From: Dehalococcoidia bacterium
Lineage (GTDB): Bacteria; Chloroflexota; Dehalococcoidia; Lucifugimonadales; CAJWER01
Length of the DNA stretch: 64,000 nucleotides
Reading direction: 5' to 3'
NCBI GenBank assembly: GCA_965209165.1
Contig: CBDBQI010000005.1
Span: 491,440-555,439 of the forward strand
A model generated the notes under the pieces. The model had not been told where the DNA came from. It saw only the letters and a program-made list of their open reading frames with translations, and did not search any database. The position numbers and the translations under genes were made by a program. Positions 57,343 to 64,000 of the stretch are shown here, piece by piece (the first letter of the stretch is position 1; each line of letters begins with the position of its first letter).

Positions 57343-58692
57343 GTGCCCGAGGTGAACAATCCGATCCCGACCGGCGACGCCGCGGACTTCGTCGACCGGT
57401 TCCGCCGCGCCGCACCCTACATCAACGCACATCGCGGGCGAACCTTCGTCATCGAGATCGATGCCCGGTCGACCTCGGATCCACAGCTCCACGGCATCGT
57501 CCACGATCTCGCGCTGATGCGCAGCCTGGGCATCGATCTGGTCGTCGTTCACGGGGCGCGACCGTGGGTGGAGCAGCGCAGCCGGGCGCAAGGCCTCGCA
57601 CCCCGCTACGCCGCCGGGGTGCGCATCACGGACATCGCGACCCTGGAAGCTGTCAAGGAGGCTATCGGAGCGGCGCATATTCAGCTCGAGGCGCTGCTCT
57701 CGATGGGGATCGCCAACTCCCCGATGGCGGGTGCCAAGGTACGGGTGGCCTCCGGCAACTTCATCACCGCGCGTCCGATCGGGATTCGCGACGGCGTCGA
57801 CTACGAGCATACCGGCGAGGTGCGGCGCGTCGACGCGGAGGCGATCCGCGAGCGCCTCGCCGGCAACGCCATCGTGCTCGTATCGCCGCTCGGCTACTCG
57901 CCCACCGGTGAGGTGTTCAGCTTGCGGGCCGAAGAGGTCGCAACCGCGATTGCCATCGAGATGCAGGCGGCGAAGCTCGTGTTCCTGTTCGATGGACCGG
58001 GCGTTCTCGACGACCAGGGCGCGCTCGTGCACGAGCTCACGCTGGAGGAGGCACAGGCGCTCGCCGCCGTCCTCCATCGCGCTGGAGGTGGCCGCGACGA
58101 GCTCGGGGATCGGCTGCGGGGGTCGATTCTCGCCTGCCGCAACGGCGTCAGCCGGGTCCATGTCATCGATCGGAAAATCGACGGTGCCCTGCTGCTGGAG
58201 CTGTTCTCCCGCGACGGGGTCGGCACCATGATCAACGCCGACACCTACGATTCCATCCGGCGGGCCACGATCGACGACATCGGAGGCATTCTGGAGCTGA
58301 TTCGACCCCTCGAGGAATCAGGGGCGCTCGTGCGCCGTTCGCGCGAGAAGCTGGAGACCGAGATCGCGCACTTCAACGTCGTGGAGCGCGACGGCGCGGT
58401 GGTCGCCTGCGCCGCGATGTATCCCTACCCCGAGCACGGCCTCGCGGAGCTGGCCTGCCTCGCCGTCGACGATGCGTACCGGCGCGGCCAGTACGGAGAA
58501 CGGCTGCTTACCCTCGCCGAACGCGAGGCCCGCGAGGCCGGGGCGCAACGGCTCTTCGTGCTGACGACCCGCGCCGCACACTGGTTCCGGGAACGGGGCT
58601 TCGACGAAGCCGACCTCGCCGTTCTTCCGCTTGAACGACAGGCTCTGTACAACTTCCAGCGCCGTTCCAGGGTGCTCGTCCGAACGCTGTAG
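57343..58692 (+). CDS. argA: Amino-acid N-acetyltransferase (N-acetylglutamate synthase, ArgA-type: amino acid kinase domain plus GNAT)
   Basis: FVDRFRRAAPYINAHRGRTFVI...VVVHGARP (amino acid kinase fold) plus a C-terminal GNAT domain (LACLAVDDAYRRGQYGERLL). 449 aa. Confidence 0.85.
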   Translation: MPEVNNPIPTGDAADFVDRFRRAAPYINAHRGRTFVIEIDARSTSDPQLHGIVHDLALMRSLGIDLVVVHGARPWVEQRSRAQGLAPRYAAGVRITDIATLEAVKEAIGAAHIQLEALLSMGIANSPMAGAKVRVASGNFITARPIGIRDGVDYEHTGEVRRVDAEAIRERLAGNAIVLVSPLGYSPTGEVFSLRAEEVATAIAIEMQAAKLVFLFDGPGVLDDQGALVHELTLEEAQALAAVLHRAGGGRDELGDRLRGSILACRNGVSRVHVIDRKIDGALLLELFSRDGVGTMINADTYDSIRRATIDDIGGILELIRPLEESGALVRRSREKLETEIAHFNVVERDGAVVACAAMYPYPEHGLAELACLAVDDAYRRGQYGERLLTLAEREAREAGAQRLFVLTTRAAHWFRERGFDEADLAVLPLERQALYNFQRRSRVLVRTL

Positions 58693-58712
58693 AAGCACGC
58701 GGCCGCCGGATG

Positions 58713-59438
58713 TCAGCCGGCGCGCGCCGAGATGTCGCGCTCGATCGCGGCGAGCGCGGCGATCGGATCCGGCGCCCGGGTCACCGGCCGGCCGATGACG
58801 AGATAGTGGGCGCCGGCACGGACGGCATCACCGGGGGTCGCGACACGGCGCTGGTCGCCGGGGTCGCTCGCGAGTCTGATTCCCGGAGTCACCCGAACAA
58901 AACCGGAATCGAAGCTCTCGCGAAGTGACCCGAGATCGGCGGCCGAGCACACGATTCCATCGACGCCGCAGTCGTGCGCAAGCTGCGCGAGCGACCGCAC
59001 GTGGTCGGACAGCGCTGCGGTCACGCCGACCCCGGCAAGATCGCCGCGATCCATGCTGGTCGGCACCGTCACCGCGATGACGAGCGGCCGGTCGTCGCGG
59101 TCTCCCACCGCGTCGCGCGCCGCCTCCAGCATGCGCCGGCCACCGCAGGCATGGACGTTCAGCATCCACACGCCGCTCGATGCGGCGGCCCGGCACGCTC
59201 CGGCCACCGTATTCGGTATGTCGTGAAACTTGAGGTCGAGAAAGACCTCGAATCCGAGCCGGTGCAGCTTCTCCAGGACCACGGGACCGGCCGCGGTGAA
59301 CAGCTCCATCCCCACCTTGACCCGGCAACGCGCCGGATCGATGCACGCCGCCATCGCGAGCGCCTGGTCCGCGGAGGGGAAGTCGAGCGCGATCACGATT
59401 CGTGGGCCGCGCGCTCGCCGCCCGCCGTCCGTCGGCAT
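58713..59438 (-). CDS. pyrF: Orotidine 5'-phosphate decarboxylase
   Basis: IVIALDFPS...[10 protein letters not shown]...YLVIGRPVT motifs. Start at MPTDGG (59438). Confidence 0.85.
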   Translation of the reverse strand: MPTDGGRRARGPRIVIALDFPSADQALAMAACIDPARCRVKVGMELFTAAGPVVLEKLHRLGFEVFLDLKFHDIPNTVAGACRAAASSGVWMLNVHACGGRRMLEAARDAVGDRDDRPLVIAVTVPTSMDRGDLAGVGVTAALSDHVRSLAQLAHDCGVDGIVCSAADLGSLRESFDSGFVRVTPGIRLASDPGDQRRVATPGDAVRAGAHYLVIGRPVTRAPDPIAALAAIERDISARAG

Positions 59439-60631
59439 CACTCTCCTTCGACGCCCTGGATGGGTCGAATCGAGGTCCAGTGCTTGCAGCTCGGACACTG
59501 CCAGTGCAGCGACTTGGCGGGAAAGCCGCAGTGCCTGCACTTGTAGACCGGACGCTCGAACAGCAGCTCGGCGGTCAGCCCCTTGAGGATCTCCAGATTC
59601 TCGCTCATCCCGCCGGCATCGCGCTGGTCCTCGATTTCGAGATCGAGCAGGCGGTCGAGACCGCGCACCGACGCGCGCTGGCGCAACCGCTCGGTGATGA
59701 AGCGAATCGCATCGCGGCGACCGCCGGAATCACGCTTGATGTCCGCGAGGGCAAGGCTCAGGGTTGTCCAGCCATAGCGTTTCAGCAGCTTCGACAGATA
59801 GTCTTCGAGCGCGTCAACTCGATCGATTGCCTGGAACGAGTGGTGCAGCCGGCCGACCGTCTCGGGCAGAAAGTCCGGGTCCTGCTCCTCCACCCGTTGC
59901 AGCGAGCGAATCGCCCTTTCGTGCTCGCCGCGTTCGGCATGGATATCCGCCTCCAGCAGGCTCGCCCGCACGCAGGCCGCGTGCATGTTGCGAGCCTGCT
60001 GGACGTGCTTGAGCGCGCGCTCCAGGTCGCCTTCGCGACAGTGCCGCCCGGCCTGCTCGCAGCAGTAGTGCGCGACGATCCATCCGAGCTGGTTCCCGGT
60101 CGCCTTTTCGAGCTTGCGGGCGCTCGCGATCGCCTTCGGCCAATCCTTTTCCTGTTCGTAGATGTCGATGAGCTGGCGCAACGCCTGCACGCGATAGTCG
60201 GCGTCCTCGGCCAGCTCGCTGAAGAGATCCTCGGCGCGATCGAGCAGACCGGCGCTCATGTAGTCCTGTCCCAGCTCGAGCAGCGCCTCGGTGCGCTGCG
60301 GAACGCTCAGCGATTCCCGGGCGATGAGGTTCTGGTGGATGCGGATTGCGCGGTCGACGTCCCCGCGGCGGCGGTACAGGTTCCCGAGCGCGAGATGCGT
60401 CTCCACCGTCTCGCTGTCGACCTCGATGAGCTTGATGAAGACTTCGATCGCCTTGTCGGGCTGCTCGTTGAGGAGGTAGTTGATTCCCTGGAAGTAGTCG
60501 GACCGGAGACCGCGGCCCTCGCGCTTGCGGGTCGTGCGGCGGGTGGAGCTGCGCGCCGCCCACCAGCCGGTACCCGCGGCCACCGGCAACAGCAGCCATA
60601 GCACCTCGAGCCCGATCAGCGACTCGATCAT
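59438..60631 (-). CDS. lapB: Lipopolysaccharide assembly protein LapB (YciM): TM, TPR repeats, C-terminal rubredoxin-like zinc site
   Basis: N-terminal TM segment, multiple TPR repeats, C-terminal CRHCGF...CPSCKHW. The lapB-pyrF adjacency matches enterobacterial synteny. Confidence 0.85.
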   Translation of the reverse strand: MIESLIGLEVLWLLLPVAAGTGWWAARSSTRRTTRKREGRGLRSDYFQGINYLLNEQPDKAIEVFIKLIEVDSETVETHLALGNLYRRRGDVDRAIRIHQNLIARESLSVPQRTEALLELGQDYMSAGLLDRAEDLFSELAEDADYRVQALRQLIDIYEQEKDWPKAIASARKLEKATGNQLGWIVAHYCCEQAGRHCREGDLERALKHVQQARNMHAACVRASLLEADIHAERGEHERAIRSLQRVEEQDPDFLPETVGRLHHSFQAIDRVDALEDYLSKLLKRYGWTTLSLALADIKRDSGGRRDAIRFITERLRQRASVRGLDRLLDLEIEDQRDAGGMSENLEILKGLTAELLFERPVYKCRHCGFPAKSLHWQCPSCKHWTSIRPIQGVEGE

Positions 60632-60777
60632 CGAATCGCCCCGCCGGCTTCGCCACGCGCCGTCGAACGCCGGCCGACGACCGGCGCCGCGGGCGCTGCC
60701 CTGACGTTCGGTGCCCCGGAAGTATCCATGTCGGCAGGCTGGGGACGTTTTCCGGACTGGCAGACCGAATCAATGGA

Positions 60778-61107
60778 CTAGCCGGGACCGGGATCCGTCT
60801 TCGATGCCGCTTCGAGGGAGAGCTGAAACTCCCGATCGACGCGCTCGCGAAGCTTCTTGCCCGGCTTGAAGTGAGGAACGTACTTGGCGGGAAGCGAAAC
60901 CGGCGCACCCGTCTTGGGGTTGCGCCCGACCCGTCCGGATCGAAAGTGGAGAGAGAAGCTGCCGAACCCCCGGATCTCGATACGCCCGCCCCCGGCCAGG
61001 CACTCCGCCATGTGCTCCAGGATCGTCTTCACCGCCAGCTCGACATCGCGATACACGAGTTGGGATTGCTTGTGCGCAATCCGCTCGATCAGCTCCGACT
61101 TCGTCAT
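60778..61107 (-). CDS. ihfB: Integration host factor subunit beta
   Basis: [56 protein letters not shown]...GRNPKTG. 109 aa. Confidence 0.9.
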   Translation of the reverse strand: MTKSELIERIAHKQSQLVYRDVELAVKTILEHMAECLAGGGRIEIRGFGSFSLHFRSGRVGRNPKTGAPVSLPAKYVPHFKPGKKLRERVDREFQLSLEAASKTDPGPG

Positions 61108-61242
61108 CTCCTCGTTCTCCCGTCGACCGGCGCGAAGTTACGACGGTTCGGCAATCGTCGGCTTGCAGGGATTGACGAGGCGGTGGGGATCCCGCCGACG
61201 ACGGCGGAACCCCGCTTCCCCTCCCCTTCCCTCGATTCTCGT

Positions 61243-62934
61243 TCAGTCTTCCTGTCCACCCTCCATGCGGCCGCTGCTCATCTGCTCCTTGATGAGATCG
61301 CCGAGTGTCGTGGCGCCGGTGGGAGCGCTCGTGGTGTACTCCTGTATCGCCTGGGCTTCCTCGTCGCTCTCCTTCGCCTTGATCGACAGCGAGGGAATCC
61401 GCTTCTTCCTGTCGACGCCGACGAACTTCGCCTCGATCTCGTCGCCCACCTTCAGCACCATCCGAACGTCGTCCACCCGATCGCGCGCGATTTCCGACGT
61501 ACGCAGGTATCCCTCGACACCCTCCGCGAGCTCGACCACCGCACCCTTGGCGTCCACCTCGACCACCTTTCCGCGGACGATCGTGCCCTTGGGATTGCGG
61601 GCGAGGAAGCTGGAGAACGGGTCCTTGTCGAGCTGCTTGACGCCGAGCGAGATGCGCTCGCGCTCCGCGTCCACGCTCAACACCACGGTTTCGAGCTCGT
61701 CGCCCTTCTTGTAGCGCCGGATGGTCTCCTCACCAGGCTCGTTCCAGGAGAGGTCGGACAGGTGCACGAGCCCGTCGATACCGCCGTCGAGACCGACGAA
61801 GACCCCGAAATCGGTGATCGACTTGATGGCGCCGGTCACGTGGTCGCCCTTCTTGTAGCTCGCCGCGAAGTCCTCCCAGGGATTCGGCGTGCACTGCTTG
61901 ATGCCGAGCGAGATGCGACGGCGATCCTCGTCGATGTCGAGCACCATGACCTCGACTTCGTCACTGAGCTGCACCACCTTGTTCGGGTGGATGTTCTTGT
62001 TCGTCCAGTCCATCTCCGAGACGTGAACGAGTCCTTCCACGCCTTCCTCGATCTCGACGAAGCAGCCGTAGTCGGCGATGTTCGTCACCCGTCCGAACAG
62101 CCTCGTGCCCTCGGGGTAGCGCCGGGAGATGTCCACCCACGGATCGGCGCCGAGCTGCTTCAGTCCGAGCGATACGCGCGAGCGCTCGCGATCGAACCTG
62201 AGCACCTTGATCTCGATCTCGTCACCCACGTTGACGACCTCGGTCGGGTGCTTCACCCGCTTCCACGCCATGTCGGTGATGTGCAGGAGCCCGTCGATGC
62301 CGCCGAGGTCCACGAATGCGCCATAGTCGGTCAGGTTCTTCACCACGCCCGGCAGCACCGCCCCCTCCTGGAGGCTCTCGAGCAGAGCTTCGCGCTCGGC
62401 GGAGTTCTCCTTCTCAACCACCGCGCGCCGCGACACGACCACGTTGTTGCGACGGCGATCGAGCTTGATCACCTTGAACTCCAACGGCTTGCCTTCTAGA
62501 TAGGAGGTATCGCGCACCGGGCGCACATCGACGAGCGAGCCCGGCAGAAACGCCCGGATGTCGCTGATGTCGACGGTGAACCCGCCCTTGACCTTGCCGT
62601 TGATGATGCCGGTCACGGTTTCCTCGTCTTCGAAGGCGGCCTCCAGACGACTCCACGCCTTGGCTCGCTTCGCCTTCTCCCGGGAGAGCTTGGTGGAGCC
62701 GAATCCATCCTCCACCGTGTCGAGCGCGACCTCCACCCGGTCGCCGACCGAAACCTCGACCTCGCCCTTCTCGTTTCTGAACTGGTCGACCGGGATGGTC
62801 GACTCGGACTTCAGGCCCGCATGAACCGTGACGTACTCGGACCCGACAGCCAGCACCGTTCCATCGATGATGACTCCCGGACGCATCTTCTTTTCGACTT
62901 CACTCTGCTCGAGCAGATCCGCAAAGCTTTCCAT
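61243..62934 (-). CDS. rpsA: 30S ribosomal protein S1
   Basis: Six S1 domains. [14 protein letters not shown]-terminus. About 563 aa. Confidence 0.9.
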   Translation of the reverse strand: MESFADLLEQSEVEKKMRPGVIIDGTVLAVGSEYVTVHAGLKSESTIPVDQFRNEKGEVEVSVGDRVEVALDTVEDGFGSTKLSREKAKRAKAWSRLEAAFEDEETVTGIINGKVKGGFTVDISDIRAFLPGSLVDVRPVRDTSYLEGKPLEFKVIKLDRRRNNVVVSRRAVVEKENSAEREALLESLQEGAVLPGVVKNLTDYGAFVDLGGIDGLLHITDMAWKRVKHPTEVVNVGDEIEIKVLRFDRERSRVSLGLKQLGADPWVDISRRYPEGTRLFGRVTNIADYGCFVEIEEGVEGLVHVSEMDWTNKNIHPNKVVQLSDEVEVMVLDIDEDRRRISLGIKQCTPNPWEDFAASYKKGDHVTGAIKSITDFGVFVGLDGGIDGLVHLSDLSWNEPGEETIRRYKKGDELETVVLSVDAERERISLGVKQLDKDPFSSFLARNPKGTIVRGKVVEVDAKGAVVELAEGVEGYLRTSEIARDRVDDVRMVLKVGDEIEAKFVGVDRKKRIPSLSIKAKESDEEAQAIQEYTTSAPTGATTLGDLIKEQMSSGRMEGGQED

Positions 62935-63180
62935 ACCCGTAAAGTGTTCTCCCGCCCGCCAGTTCGTCTCTGATCCCCGCGTCGATCCGCGCGCCGGGGG
63001 CAATGCGCACGGGAAACGCGCCTAGACGCCTTAAGCGGCGTCAATCTTCACAGTCGAGCCAAGTTCTCGAAGCGGGTTCTCGGACGACAGGTACGAGGCT
63101 GCGACCGATATGACGGTCACGGTCCCGTGGGAAGTCGAGTGGCTTCGATACATGTCTCGTCGATTCGAGGCGCAGCCTCG

Positions 63181-63392
63181 CTAGCCCGCATTTCTCACCA
63201 GTTCACGGCTGCGGACGCGGATCTGACTGTTTTCGCCGCGTTGAACGCGGCCAGGGTGCTCTCGAGTGCCGCTTGCTTCGCAAGCTCGCTCCGTACTGGC
63301 AAGTACGCCTGCGCGCCCTGACTCGCGTTCGCCTTGCGAAAACAGCCATCTCCACGCCCTCGCTCGCAACCTGGTGAGAAATGCGGGCTAGT
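63181..63392. mobile_element. MITE-like element (~212 bp) bounded by 20-bp perfect inverted repeats TAGCCCGCATTTCTCACCAG
   Basis: gctagcccgcatttctcaccag at 63181-63202 and its exact reverse complement ctggtgagaaatgcgggctag at 63371-63392. Sits between the cmk stop and the rpsA leader. Confidence 0.5.
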
Positions 63393-63394
63393 CT

Positions 63395-64000
63395 TCAACC
63401 TTCGGAGGTCACCGCAGCCAACCGGGACCGCGCGACTTCGAGCACTCGCGCAACCACGGTGTCGACATCCAGTCCGGTCGTATCCAAGACGACGGCATCC
63501 TCGGCCGGTTTCAGGGGAGCGACGGAGCGCTCGCGATCACGCTTGTCGCGTTCCGTCATCTCCCTGAAAAGGCGAGTGACACTAACACCAATACCTTTAG
63601 CGATCAATTGTTTATACCGCCTCTCGGCCCTCGCGTGCGCAGACGCGGTAAGAAACACCTTCACGGGTGCATCGGGGAACACGACGCTCCCCATGTCCCG
63701 CCCGTCCGCAACGAGCCCCGGCGGACGCCGAAACCCATGCTGGCACGCGAGCAGCGTCTCGCGAACTTCGGGAAAGGCGGAGACGCACGACGCGTCGTTG
63801 CCGCACCGCTCGGAGCGGATTTCGCCGGTGACGTCCGCTCCGTCGAGCAGAGCGCGAACGGGGTCCGCGGCGTCACCGGGTGCGAAGGTGATGTCGAGGG
63901 TTGCGGCGAGCCTCGCCAGGGCACCGGCGTCGTGCAACGGCACCCCCTGCCGGCGGGCCGCGAGGGCGACGACACGGTACAGGGCTCCGCTGTCGAGGAG
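63395..64000 (-). CDS. cmk: Cytidylate kinase, 5'-partial (runs off the window end)
   Basis: The frame is open to the window edge (LLDSGALYRVVALAARRQGVPLHDAGAL...), matching Cmk. The Walker A region lies beyond 64000. cmk-rpsA-ihfB synteny. Confidence 0.8.
   Translation of the reverse strand, partial: LLDSGALYRVVALAARRQGVPLHDAGALARLAATLDITFAPGDAADPVRALLDGADVTGEIRSERCGNDASCVSAFPEVRETLLACQHGFRRPPGLVADGRDMGSVVFPDAPVKVFLTASAHARAERRYKQLIAKGIGVSVTRLFREMTERDKRDRERSVAPLKPAEDAVVLDTTGLDVDTVVARVLEVARSRLAAVTSEG

Overview
High-GC bacterial window with about 55 protein-coding genes and no rRNA, tRNA or CRISPR that I can support.

Left part, 1 to ~32.2 kb (codon usage with frequent ATA/AGG/AGA):
- Orphan ribbon-helix-helix antitoxin.
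- Two ABC-2 exporter pairs.
- MoxR-DUF58-transglutaminase module, then ogt.
- plsY overlapping a fused NAS-like N-acyltransferase/class-V aminotransferase gene.
- PhyH oxygenase, MobA-like nucleotidyltransferase, DUF502.
- A minus-strand operon: acyl-CoA ligase, small GatC/AtzG-like ORF, amidase, retropepsin-like protease, S9 peptidase.
- M24 peptidase, DUF1232, holA, trkH/ktrB, rimI, ECF sigma/anti-sigma, ThuA, DUF2277-like, TlpA-like redoxin, DinB_2, Zn-ADH.
- A ~65-nt structured repeat family sits at four gene ends.

Right part, ~32.3 to 64 kb (GC3 near 90%):
- Flotillin with long E/R/A tandem repeats, and a Tm-1-like TIM-barrel gene.
- HicB-like ORF plus a Phd/VapC toxin-antitoxin pair.
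- icd-aceK, MocR regulator, 3'-truncated IS1595 transposase, SCO1.
- Homocysteine S-methyltransferase, proline-racemase-family gene, Rieske-domain protein, fpg.
- potABCD-like polyamine importer.
- A bacterial group II intron (RT/maturase, domains V/VI readable) inserted into a palindromic REP-like hairpin whose intact copy lies ~100 nt away.
- GT1 glycosyltransferase, puuD with a frameshifted puuA stub, argA.
- pyrF-lapB, ihfB, rpsA, cmk (proteobacterial synteny), and a MITE-like element with 20-bp perfect terminal inverted repeats.

At ~32.25 kb a palindromic foldback joins a truncated Gfo/Idh/MocA gene to a stop-less flotillin and coincides with the codon-usage shift, suggesting a chimeric assembly or an inversion/HGT boundary.
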